From NCBI RefSeq assembly GCF_006345805.1, contig NC_043010.1, forward strand, positions 48,174,001-48,238,000: a DNA stretch of 64,000 bases, given 5' to 3'. This DNA is from Octopus sinensis (taxonomy: Eukaryota). The position numbers and the translations under genes were made by a program. This document shows positions 12,930 through 25,226 of the stretch, in pieces; the stretch's first letter is position 1, and each line of letters opens with the position of its first letter. Under the pieces are notes generated by a model that saw only the letters and a list, made by a program, of their open reading frames with translations, did not search any database and was not told the DNA's origin.

Positions 12930-13110
12930 AACAAAAATGTTTTCTGTCTTTGAGGAAGACAAAATAGAAGCCAAAGGTTAAAGTGATAGATGTGAGGAGA
13001 AAGAGGAAATATTAGAAACTGCGAGAAGCTAAAAATTATGCTAAAGAAAAGAGGCTACAGTATGCAGTGCTGAAACGGTGGCAGGAAAAGCCCATATATG
13101 ATCAGCACCT
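12930..13110 (+). mobile_element. Decayed R4/Dong-like LINE fragment
   Basis: The frame KLREAKNYAKEKRLQYAVLKRWQEKPIYDQH resembles the W-x-EKPLHG-x-Y motif downstream of RT in R4/Dong elements. Confidence 0.4.
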
Positions 13111-13366
13111 ACTTACTTGTACTTGTACTTGTGGCGACATTCACCCTGGGCGGGTTGAGTCGGCTTCTACTCATGGAAGAAGTTCCGTGGGAATATGTGG
13201 ATTTCACAAGCGGTCCCCAACAATCCCGCATGTAGAGACATCCTGTTTGCTGCAGATTGTCCACAGACGCAGGAACAGAACGACTGAGGAGCCGCCGTCT
13301 GCTGAAACAGACACTCCGAGGATTTTCACCAGAGCCCCGTCTGCCGGGTTGTGGCCCTAATACCAC
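13111..13366 (-). mobile_element. RTE LINE 3' end with (CAAGTA)n tail
   Basis: VLGPQPGRRGSGENPR...SVDNLQQTGCLYMRDCWGPLVKS resembles the RTE C-terminus. The tail acaagtacaagtacaagtaagt is on the minus strand. Confidence 0.6.
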
Positions 13367-13367
13367 T

Positions 13368-13500
13368 TGGTGTCAGACCAATCCGCCTTGGGTGGCCCTA
13401 CCAGGAACCGAAGTTCCTGACGGCATAGCTCTGACACTACCTGTTGCCAGCGTCCCCACCACGGTGAGGAGGGGATGGACTTTGGGGACGCTAGGGGGTT
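13368..13500 (+). mobile_element. RTE-type 5'UTR-like segment
   Basis: gccctaccaggaaccgaagttcctgacggcatagctc...ccccaccacgg resembles the motif recalled from RTE/Expander 5'UTRs. It folds as an HDV-like core (see findings). Confidence 0.45.
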
Positions 13501-13899
13501 GGCAGATAAATTGCTTGACCAATGGAACACCTCCCTTCCATATGCAGTAAAAGAGCAGATATTCTGATTTAGGAAAACAAGAATTGGGAAAAACTCAACA
13601 ACCAGGAGATAGTATATAATGGTGGTAAAGCAGCAAGCTGTCAGAACCCTTATCGTACAGGGCAAAATGCTAAGCAGCATTTATCTATCTTTATGTTTTG
13701 AGTTCAAATTCTGTTGAGGTTGACTTTGCTTTTGATCTTTTCGGGGTCAATAAAATAAGTACCAGTTGAACAATGGGGTCGATGTAACAGACTTAACACC
13801 CCACCCACTCCCCTGAAATTGCTGGCTTTGTGCCAAAAATTGAAACCAATATATATATAATGGTGGTGATGCATTTGATTTCTTTGACAAACACTTGAT

Positions 13900-16050
13900 G
13901 GTTATAACTTCCTCTTAACCAATTTCTGAGTGAAATTAGTCTACTCATAACCTCATCTCAGTTCCTATCCAGACCCCAAGCAGCTTAACTTGTCCATCAG
14001 TTCAGCAGGCTATGATACTGGCCAGTGACATATACTTGCATCTCCAGGTACTGAACTGAAAACTCATGCATTTGTCTAGGTTAATTACTGTTCCCATCAT
14101 TGCCGCATATTGTCAAGCAGGTGCTGACCATTGGTGACATCTGACATAATTATGGTGACATTGTTATCATATGCTGACAGTGTTCTCTTATGTTCCAGTC
14201 CTAGTAGGGTGCATTTAAAAACCTTTAGTTTCTACCCCACCACACCAAAAAAAAATAATAAATAAATAAAATAAAACAAAAAAAACACAACAAAAAACAT
14301 GAGAGAGGACATGCTTGTGATTTAAAATGATTCTGATAGGTGGCCATATAATCTGTCCACTGAGCAGGCATTTTATAAACTGAAGTGAACCAGACTCTCA
14401 AAATGGAACCAAGATAGGCTGCACTGAGTAGAGACATTAAATGGTGATGCTTGGACCTCATCAAAATTGATCAGAGGCCCATTGAAGCCATGGTTGTTAC
14501 CCAACTCTCCATGGCATATTGCATGAGGTCATAGATAGATCAAAGATCATATAACTCTGCACTTTTTCAACCACAAGTACCAGCCTGTTTATCGGCCGTT
14601 CAAGAATTTGGACCAGGAGATCTCCATTTCCAGCGACTATGAGGGCCACCTCCCAGTGGTGTTGGGCATCAACGAAGAGCCCTCAACTACAACAAGACGA
14701 CCAAAGTTTTTTTTTTTTCCACGGTCTGGGGTCTCCCGCCCCTAAGTCCTAGACCATCACCTAATCACCCTTACCCATCTTGTTGCTTAACAACAACAAC
14801 AGCCTGTTTATCAGAAGCTGCTACACTCACATAAGTCCATTAATTTTCTGATCCATTGGAAAGCTGCACACATCTGCCTGGAATTGTAGAGTATATACTT
14901 GTCACAGTCAATCAAAAAGCAAAGCAAATTGTGGATTTGTTGCCATGTCAAGCACATTGAACAGCTTTCATTCTCTTGTGTCTAAGAGCACACTTTCACT
15001 TTGATAAATCAACCTTTAGTGCTTCACATTAAAGAAATAGCCAAAAGCTAGCTCACTGGTTGCTATGCCTTTCCTAATTGTCTCTTCTAATTTACTCACA
15101 AGCAGCCCCTTAAATCTATATATCTCTACTGCTACTTCTTCGCTAAATTTATCAGTTCTCTGTAGTAATCCTCCTTAGAGTGATCCACCACTAGTTATTG
15201 CTAATAGCTCTCTTAACTGCCATTTAACTAATTCGTTAAGCTGGTCGCAGTAAATTTTATGTGCCTGGAATGATGCATCCAGAGTAAAATAACCAGATAA
15301 ATGTCTATAACTTCCGCCTTACTAGGCAGGTGACCTAGCAATATATCCTATCGAGATACAACCCAGATGATTTGATGTGGTTGCTCCATGTCCACACTGC
15401 ATTTAGGAAATCTAATCAGTACTTGTCAAACAGTTAAAAACTATCTGAGCAGGTTTGCAAAGGCTTTTATACCCAGTCTCTTATTGCCTAACCCTACACA
15501 AACAGGAACTTTTTGATTTTATCATAGCCAGTACTTGACAACTACTTATATTTTACTGACCCTAGAAGGATAAAAGGCAGAGATGATAATAATAATAACA
15601 AGAGCACTCAGAGAGTGCAAACCTATGCCAAGGCAACACCAACGTCCTCTCAAAGCTTCCATCTAAAATGCTTTTCCAGTCTCCTACCAGGCTAAACAGT
15701 GAGGAATTTTCCAAAACTTCTTCTCGACCCTTAAAGAAATACTAGCTGGTCTGCCTTTGTTGGAAGATAGAAGGTCATTAGTCTGAATATGCTATCTTAT
15801 AGCTGTTCATGTCCAGTACCAAACTTACCATCTGGGACCTAGAAGGTCATTTGTAGTTTGAAATGCAAAATCTTTCTGAAACTACACTACCACCTTGCCA
15901 TTCAATCCAGGGTGGGTAAGTGGTGCATATGTCACATAGTAGTCAAAAATGAACACGAGTTCTAGAAAGTTTGGTCTCACTAATGGCTACCACACCAATG
16001 TCTAGTCACATGAGATCATTGAGCAAGTGACCTATTTTTGTTTGAGTTAG
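13900..16050 (-). mobile_element. Highly decayed L1/Tx1-clade ORF2 (endonuclease, linker, RT), interrupted by later insertions
   Basis: Broken frames: IFRLMTFYLPTKADQLVF (AP-endonuclease-like, about 15700-15800), SGYFTLDASFQAHKIYCDQLNELVKW...LVSKLEETIRKG (linker, about 15050-15300), and SAYDNNVTIIMSD plus INLDKCMSFQFSTWRCK...DGQVKLLGVW (RT domains, about 13950-14190). Confidence 0.6.
14594..14799 (+). mobile_element. 206-bp retroposed insertion with (AAC)n tail and 13-bp target-site duplication
   Basis: cagcctgtttatc occurs at 14581-14593 and 14800-14812. The insert ends ttgcttaacaacaacaa. Confidence 0.7.
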
Positions 16051-17239
16051 TGTGGTTTCTACACCAGGTCATGTATATTTTATACATCTCACTTTGGGTA
16101 CAGCCATGTTGGTTAAAGAAAAATGTAAGCAAGGGGTCACTTTGGTCTTGGAGAGGGATAAGCAATCTAGTCTTCCCAGTGAGGAAGAATTCCTTGAGAA
16201 ACTTTTTTCTCGGTTCTATTTTGGAACTTTCCTAGGTTATATGAGATTCCCCCACTGCCCCTTAGCATCATGTGGACATCTGACAATGTCTTCAACATTA
16301 GTCTACATCCCACCCAGCCTTTATTTGTATGTTGAACTTTGTATCTCATTCAGGCCTATTTCCCTACAATAATTCGCTAAGCAATACACCAATACACATT
16401 TCGACCCTTATCAGATGAGTAGTCATGATGGGTATACTGGGGTTTGTATATTTGTATCTCAGTTGCACAAAGCCTGAAATTTTGTGGGAAGGAGCTAGTT
16501 GATTACATCAAACCCAGTGTTCAACTGGTACTGCAACTCTGAACAGATGAAATGCAAAGTTGACCTTAGCAGAATTTGAACTTAGAATGTAAAGACAGAC
16601 AAAATGCCCCTAAGCATTTTGTCTGGCATGCTAACAATTTTGCCAGCTTGCCATTTTAATAACAATGATAATAATGGCTTTATTTTTAATAAAAAATATT
16701 TCTCTCTCTCTTTCTTGTTGGACACTTGCATGCCCTTTTTATTTTAAACCTTTTTAAACCTTTTCACTATGAAGTAGGAGAGGCACTTCTATTTCACTGA
16801 AGCATAATTTCTAACAGAGGCAGAGACTCCAAGACAACACATGAGGTCAGGAGGAAATTTTTGATTTTATCATAGCCAGTACTTAACTACTTATATTTTA
16901 CTGACCATAGAAGGATAAAAGACAGAGATGATGATAATAATTAATAATAATAACAAGAGCACTCAGAGAGAGAAAACCTATGCCAAGGCAACACCAACGT
17001 CCTCTCAACAATTAGCCGGAGATGATTTTTAAAATGAGAATATCTGAAATAAACTTGACTGCTCTCATGAAAGAGAATACTAAAAGTGAACCTGACCTCT
17101 CTCAAAAATTAAGTAAAAGAAAACAGAAAAATAATCCAGAATCCTTGTCTGATACCTGATCGATCCCAATGGTAGTCATGGAATGTGAAGGTGGGTGTGC
17201 AGGCTATGTTTGTAATGCTGTGTGTGTGTGTGTGTGTGT

Positions 17240-17400
17240 TGTCTGCAGTGGGAACAAGAACAGTTTTCTCAATGAAAGCCATTTTTTTTAGTCTATCCAC
17301 TGATATATTGTCTTTATGACCATTAAGGTTTACAGTGAAAAATTTATCTGTGCATGAAAGAAAACAGAAAGGACCTGCATATGATGCTTTCATGGTGGGA
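17240..17400 (-). mobile_element. Gypsy integrase C-terminal (GPY/F) fragment
   Basis: SYAGPFCFLSCTDKFFTVNLNGHKDNISVDRLK matches the GPY/F...IS(I/V)DRLK pattern. Confidence 0.65.
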
Positions 17401-17814
17401 TGATTTAGTGTCTATTTTCAGCATATAGACTAGAATGTTTTCTAAGTTCTTAATCATAATTATATATATGATTTCACCTTAATAGGTCTATTTTTTATAT
17501 ACTGGCCACTGATAAAATATTTAAAAAAAATTATCGTTATATATGTATGTATGTATGCATATATATTTATATATTATTCATATTATTATATGACTGAACA
17601 CCACGCATCCATTTCCAAGTAAGTTTTATCTCTCTCTCTCTTTATATATATATATGGTCTTCTTTCGGTTTCTGACTACCAAATCCATTCACAAAGCTTT
17701 GGCTACCCTGGGGCTAAAATAGAAGACACTTGCCCAAAGTACCATGCAGTGAGATTGAACATGAAACTATGTGGTTGGGAAAATAATATATAAATATATA
17801 TGCATACATATATG

Positions 17815-18115
17815 TGTACATGGGCACCATTCGAGCATGATCGTTACCAACGTCGCTTCACTGGCACCTGTAAAAGATTCGAGCGAGGTCATTGCCAGTA
17901 CCGCCTGACTGGCCCCAGTGCAGGTGGCACGTAAAAAGCACCCACTACACTCTCGGAGTGGTTGGCATTAGGAAGGGCATCCAGCTGTAGAAACTCTACC
18001 AGATCAAGACTGGAGCCTGGTGCAGCCATCTGGTTGCCAGCCCTCAGTCAAAACCGCCCAACCCATGCTAGCGTGGAAAATGGACATTAAATGATGATGA
18101 TGATGATGATGATAC
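17815..18115 (+). mobile_element. RTE-tailed SINE or LINE 3' end with (GAT)n tail (family C), forward copy
   Basis: ggttggcattaggaagggcatccagctgtagaaac...ccaacccatgctagcgtggaaaatggacattaaatgatgatgatg, matching the other family C copies. Confidence 0.8.
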
Positions 18116-18454
18116 ACATGCATATATGGGCATAGGACACCAAAGAACGTAAACAACATGAAATATGAACTATTTTTTGCGAACAACAAAAGAAACAAAT
18201 GGAAAACAAGACAAACAACATAAAAAAAAAAACTACCCTTCATCAGTTGTCAGCTCTTTTTCTACTTCATATTTTGAGCAATTAACGACAAGATACGTTT
18301 TCAACAAAACAGTTGCTGCCGCAAAGCAAATTAAATAAAATTTGGGACTTTTCGGAGGGTCAAAGTTGGTAACAAAAATAGGGCAGTGAAAACAAACTGG
18401 AAGGGCTGCTAAGCCTGAATGAGTTGAGATGGTGAATGCAGAGGAACAATCTAT

Positions 18455-19315
18455 ATATATATTCACACACATGTACATGCATATATATATATTCACACAC
18501 ACATATACATGCATATATATCCACACACACATATACATGCATATATTCACATACATATACATGCATATATTCACATACATATACATGCATATATTCACAT
18601 ACATATACATGCATATATTCACACACATATACATGCATATATATATTCACACAAACATATACATGCATATATATATATTCACACACACATATACATGCAT
18701 ATATTCACATACATATACATGCATATATTCACATACATATACATGCATATATTCACACACATATACATGCATATATATATTCACACAAACATATACATGC
18801 ATATATATCCACACACACATATACATGCATATATTCACATACATATACATGCATATATTCACATACATATACATGCATATATTCACATACATATACATGC
18901 ATATATTCACACACATATACATGCATATATATATTCACACTAACATATACATGCATATATATATTCACACACACATCTACATACATATATATATTCACAC
19001 ACACATATACATGCATATATATATATTCACACACACATATACATGCATATATATCCACACACACATATACATGCATATATTCACATACATATACATGCAT
19101 ATATTCACATACATACATGCATATATTCACATACATACATGCATATATATTCACACACACATCTACATACATATATATATTCACACAACATATACATGCA
19201 TATATATATATTCACACACACATCTACATACATATATATATTCACACACACATATACATGCATATATATATATTCACACATATACATGCATATATATACA
19301 CATATACATACACAC
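18455..19315 (+). repeat. Compound minisatellite, core ACATATACATGCATATATTCAC (about 22-32 bp variants)
   Basis: Direct tandem units with variable (TA)/(CA) lengths. Confidence 0.95.
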
Positions 19316-19577
19316 ACACTCTCTCTCTCACACACACACACATGCATTTCTTCATTCTTTAAATACTAACACTAAAAAAAAAAATTAAAAAACAAAAATA
19401 CAAAATAACCTAAATAGAATTAAAATAACCAAATATTCAAGATTGTCTCCTTGTTTTGAAAGAAGAAATATAATAAAGCATTTTAAACAGACGGGTAATA
19501 AATAACTAAACAGCAAACGAAAATGCTGATAAATATTTAAAAATATATTAATTATTATATCCTCCAGTCCAATACTT

Positions 19578-19840
19578 TTTATTATTATTATTATTATTAT
19601 TAATATTATTACTATTATTATTATTACTATTATTATTATTATTACTATTATTATTATTATTACTATTATTATTACTATTATTATTATTATTACTATTATT
19701 ACTATTACTATTATTACTATTATTATTATTACTATTATTATTATTACTATTATTATTATTATTATTACTATTATTATTATATTATTATTATTATTATTAT
19801 TACTACTATTATTACTATTATTAATATTATTATTATTACT
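19578..19840 (+). repeat. (ATT)n/(ACT) microsatellite
   Basis: Direct inspection. Confidence 0.97.
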
Positions 19841-20033
19841 TGTAGAGGAAACAATAAGGAAATGGAAAGCAATGTCATTTCGTGTTGCTTTTGTTTGATA
19901 AAAAGAAATATTCTTGGAAATATTAAACTCATTGTTTTGTTTTGTTGTTGTCTTCATTGGTTTCTTACTTCCAGTTTTCAGGTGACTCAGAATTAACACA
20001 TAACACACTCACACAAACACTCATGCATATATG

Positions 20034-20034
<1 letters not shown>

Positions 20035-20087
<53 letters not shown>

Positions 20088-20176
20088 TATATACATATAT
20101 ATATATACATATATATATATATACATATATATATACATATATATATATATACATATATATACATATATATATATAC

Positions 20177-20215
<39 letters not shown>

Positions 20216-20299
20216 ACATATATATATATATACATATATATATACATATATATATATATACATATATATACATATATATATATACATATATATATATAC

Positions 20300-20344
<45 letters not shown>

Positions 20345-20441
20345 ATATATACATACATATATATATATATATATATACATACATACATACATACATGCAT
20401 AAACACACATTCATACGAACATAAATTCCCATTCATACATA

Positions 20442-20485
<44 letters not shown>

Positions 20486-20770
20486 GTATGTATATATACA
20501 CACACACTCATACAAACATGCATTCACATTCATACATACACTCATACGAACATAAATTCACATTCATACATACACTCATTATCATACATACATACATACA
20601 TATATGTATAAACACACACAGGTACATACTGCATACACACACAGGTACATACTGCATACACACACAGGTACATACTGCATACACACACACATAAAAACAT
20701 ACATACCTTCATACTGCATAAACTCACATACACACAGACATACACACAGACATACACACACATGCAGACA
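20035..20770 (+). repeat. (TA)n/(TACA)n microsatellite complex with short CACACAGGTACATACTGCATA repeats
   Basis: Direct inspection. Similar tracts at 4086-4362, 8860-8920, 43255-43340 and 46985-47090. Confidence 0.95.
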
Positions 20771-21891
20771 GTGTCAATCTCATTCAACTGTAAGAGCCAT
20801 TCCTGGACGCAACAACAAAAACATTATCAACAATGGCCAGTGTATTGACAAGCAATTTAGTTGTCTCATTAACGAGACTGTCAACTCATCAGCTCTACTA
20901 AATACTTCCTAAAAATGCCCACATTCACCATTTATCAGCACTAACAGTAACAGTAGTAATGTCAAAAGTAAGAAAGAAAAGCAAAATAGCAATTCCTCCA
21001 AGACACATTAATGTTCTTAGAAATGGTGTCATATTCTTACACACACAAACATATATTTACATATATATACACATACATCACTTATTTACACATCCTGTCC
21101 AAACAGTGTTTACTTTTTCTATTGTAGTCAGTTGTTGTTGTTGTTGTTTAGCCCTAAGTAAGGCTTGATCCAGCAGACCTATAATCAAAAATGTCCCAGT
21201 CTTGATTATCTCTTAATTTCCCCCCTCACCAGATACAATACACCTATGATTACATAATCTAATGTGTCCCTCTCTGTTTCTAAGATGGTTAGAATATGAT
21301 TTAACAAAAAGAGAAAAAAGAAAAAAAATATTGGCTGCTATTTCTAGCAGGCTGAGCAATGGCACAGATGCTCTATTATTTTAAACAGGTCAGTTAAACA
21401 AGTTAAAATGTGTGCCACAGAACGATAGTAATGTCTCACATTACAGAGCCTGAGATAAGGTTTCACCTCCTTCCTACACAAGACTGCTTTGTTCATTTGT
21501 GAAGACACTAAAATCAAATATCTTTTATCTTTTACTTGTTTCAATCATTAGATAGCAGCATGCTGAGGTACCCCCTTGAAGAATTTTTACTTATTTTATC
21601 AGTTCCTTTTTGCCAAGCTGCTAGGTTATGGGGATGTAAACGCGGCAACACTAGTTGTCAAGTGGTGGTGAAGGACAAGTATAGATATAGTTCAAATTTA
21701 CAGAAAGTGTAAGGTGAAGACAGGTGAGAATATAACAAGCAGGTGTATTAGTTTGATGATGCATAAGAAGAATGGCAAAGTCTTTGATGTTTTAAGCCTA
21801 TGCTCTTTGACAGAAAGGGTTGAGAGGGAAAAATGGACAGAGAAAAATAAATTGTAGGGATTAACAGTTCAACATGATAAAAAAAAATGCA

Positions 21892-21957
<66 letters not shown>

Positions 21958-22462
21958 CACACACACATACAATATATTTTTTTATTATAAGACAAGCATC
22001 TTTAAGTTTGTTTACCAAATCCACTCACAAGAATTTAGTCAGCCTGAGGTAGTGGAAGACATTTTCTCAAGGTAAAAATGCAGTGGGACTGAACTCAGAA
22101 CCATGTAGTTGGGAAGCAAGTTTCTTACCACACAGCCATGCATGCGCCTACAATTTATATACTACTAAAACTTCATGATTGCTTTCTTGCTTGCATGCGT
22201 GCTTGTCTGTAATTTAATACAGCCACATTGATGCTTAATGGGAAAATACTCTGAAAGTAAGGTACCCCTGAAATGCGAAAACAAGTGGAATAAAACAAGT
22301 TTCACGTAAATCAGACCACAGATTTCCAAGATACGTGGTTTTTTTTTGGGTACCTTCATAGATACCCAAAATGGCACAAAATGGGAAAATACTCCAAAAG
22401 TAACATAATCCTGAAAGAGAAGAAACTCTAATCTTTTGATTAGTGAGAGACATTATGATCAA

Positions 22463-22753
22463 TGTCTTCTCTACTTTGAAGAGAAACTTAATGACTTGGG
22501 AAAAGTCATACTGACTTTAACTTGCTAACGCCAAATAATATTGTCACTAATCAAGATATTGGCAATTTGGAGTTACTGCATGAGTTGCAATGCAGCAGAA
22601 AAGAGCAGCGACGATTTGTAGAAGAGAGTGACCCTCTATTAAATAGTGAGCAAAAAGATGTTTATGACCTTGCAACAGTTTAGCGAGGAACACATCTGCA
22701 TTGATTTTCATGAACGCTCCAGGTGGAACAGGAAAGACGTTCCTGATAAATAA
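22463..22753 (+). mobile_element. Helitron RepHel relic (Pif1-type helicase N-terminal part)
   Basis: CLLYFEEKLNDLGKSHTDFNLLTP...RRFVEESDPLLNSEQKDVYD, then, after a break, IFMNAPGGTGKTFLIN (Walker A as in Helitron Pif1 helicases). Confidence 0.75.
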
Positions 22754-23018
22754 TCAATAAAAGCTTAAACATGTACTTGTAAACCAGACGTATGATGACA
22801 CAAACGAATTGAAATATTTCACTGAATCATCATAAAATCAACTTTCATTTCAATGCAATGACGAAATCAGTTTCAATGTCTTATAACCTGATCTGTCAGT
22901 GACCTACCAGATCACATGTAGTCTAGTACATTTATAAAGGTCACACGGTTTCATGAAAGGCACAAAAACCATCACTTTTTACACACCTAACTTAAATTTT
23001 CTGGCTCCCTGTTTCTGT

Positions 23019-23233
23019 TTAACCCTTTTGTTGCCATATTTTTGTTGAGATAATCTGTGATTCTTTCAATTAATTTTAAATATAACACAGAATTTAGTAA
23101 AATAACTTAGTGTTAGGAACATAAATTGTGACTAAGTTTTGGTGGAAAATTTTAATTCAGAACTTTTGAAAACAAGACATTTGTATAATAGAGCCAGAGG
23201 CAGTTTCAGGCAGGTTGGTATCAAATGGGTTAA
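23019..23233. mobile_element. TTAA-flanked (piggyBac-like) MITE family 1
   Basis: TTAAcccttttg...gggTTAA ends. Copies at 28547-28776 and 53279-53504, with a partial copy near 37600-37750. Confidence 0.75.
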
Positions 23234-24002
23234 GAGTCTATCTTATCCCTAGAAAACCATAATTGAGGTATCATCCAATTTATCGGCTTTAATTTGTATC
23301 ACAAAACTTTAAAAAAAAAATACAGGCTTTATTGTTGCCATCTATCTTTCTGATTTTACCAAACACAGAAATTATTTATCAAAAGCATGAAGGCAGCAAG
23401 CTGGCAGAATTGTTAGTATGTTGGGTAAAATGCTTAGTGGCATTTCTCCTTGCAAAAAATGTTCTGAGTTCAAGTTTTACCGAGGTTGACTTCGCCTTTC
23501 AACCCCTTTTTTTTTTTTGGTGGGGGTGATAAAATAAGTACCAGTTGAGTATTGGGGTTGATGTAATTGACTAGCCAGCTCTCCACAAATTTCAGACCTT
23601 GTACCTATATTAGAATTTATATAACCAATAACAATAAAGGGTAAAACCAATTAATTAATTAATAATTGATAATTTTACCAAGTAGTTCGGTATGCTCTCA
23701 AATTTAAAATTTGAAATACTGTATTGATGAGGAGAGTGAGTGAGTAGAAATATGATTTTATATTTTTCACATCTCTCTAACTCTGAGACATGTATAGAGT
23801 TAATCTGAGCCGAGTAGATTTGTTAGTATTTTCTATTTACCTGCGTGAGTTGTTGAGTATTGCTGTCTGGGAGATATCTTATAGTAGCAGAATAGTAGTT
23901 TTTAACTGCTATTTCTAAATTTCGGTATGTGGTGAAGCAAATTTTGCTGAACCCTAATTATAATTTTACTCATAATTATAGAATTTTTGTATTAGAATTT
24001 AC

Positions 24003-24027
<25 letters not shown>

Positions 24028-24033
<6 letters not shown>

Positions 24034-25182
24034 TATATCTCTTTATCAACATTCCCAAATGGATTATCAAATTTAACCTTTTAGCAGCTACACCGGCCAT
24101 ATCCAGCTAAAATATCTGAGTTTTATGTTCAATTTAGCCAAATCTAGTCTTTCACAACTACCCTACGATGTCATTATAACAATAGACAATCACATCACTG
24201 AAACCCCCGTAAGCATCAAGATAATGCATAATTAATTAAAAAAAAATATGAACAAATAAGCATTACATTTGATAGAGTAATCTGAATGCCAAAAAATGAA
24301 ATTAAGGCTGAATTAAGATCTATATTTAGATTATCAGTTTTGTGAGATAAATTAACTTGAGAAAGAGAGAGAGAGAGAAAGAAGATTTATGTTGGGAAGG
24401 GGACTTATGTTGGTGGGAAGGAGTCACATATCAAGCTTCCACAGCAACAGTTAATCCCTGCCCACCAACTGCTTACAGAGGCATGGCCAAATACTCAACC
24501 CTGGAGATAACAATTACAATATAGAATTGCAAAATATTGAAGCTAAATAGGATTCCAGCAGAGTTAACATCCTTTCAACATGCTACTGATACACAGTGGG
24601 ACTGCTATTAAATCAGCCACTCATGTACAATCAGAAAATGTTTGGTTACAAAGCACATTTGATTGGTTTATTTCCTTATAATTAGAGTGTTTGGCTACAA
24701 AACATTGGATCGGTTACATTTATGTACACTAAGAGGACAGAACTTCCGAGCGTAAAGCAGTCAGAATTTGTAAAACACCCAAACCATACCCCTATTAAAG
24801 ATAAAAGGTGAAAAAAATGAAGCATGAAATTATTTGTAAAAATTACTAATTATTAAGGTAAAAAACACACATGGGAATGGATACTATAGATGAAAGGGTA
24901 CAGTTTTAATATAATTTGCATTTAATATTGATTATTCTGAGTTGATATCTTTTAATACTTATTCTACTGATTCAAATGAGACGGAAAATGATTTTCAGGA
25001 TTTGAACTCAGAATAGCAAGAGATGAGACTAAACACTGCAATATGTGTGTATGTGTGTGTAGAGTATATATATTGTGTGAGTTGTGTTGTTTTAGATTTT
25101 TGGGTGCTTATTGTATTAGGTGTTGTGTGTGAAGACTTCCATTTGAGCTATTCTATCAGTGGTATGAGCCCTGGTATGGTTT

Positions 25183-25226
<44 letters not shown>

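Noticed and set aside
14720-14755. Nested hairpin ggtctgggg-tctcccg-cccc...ctagacc as a second ribozyme
   Set aside because: It is a simple stem-loop with no pseudoknot partner or catalytic motif. It may just be the LINE-recognition stem of the insert.
18236-18292. Stem closing directly before CUGAUGA on the minus strand (similar CUGAAGA at about 26945-27000)
   Set aside because: There is no stem II followed by GAAA downstream, so a hammerhead core cannot be completed. Probably repeat remnants.
18455-19315. CRISPR-like regularity
   Set aside because: There are no unique spacers, the context is eukaryotic, and no cas genes are present.
18429-19388. ORFs of 308-319 aa
   Set aside because: Pure minisatellite translation (H/I/Y/T/C repeats). 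They are stop-free only because of the repeat composition.
19385-20611. ORFs of 130-207 aa with poly-I/N or IY repeats
   Set aside because: Translations of (ATT)n and (TA)n microsatellites.
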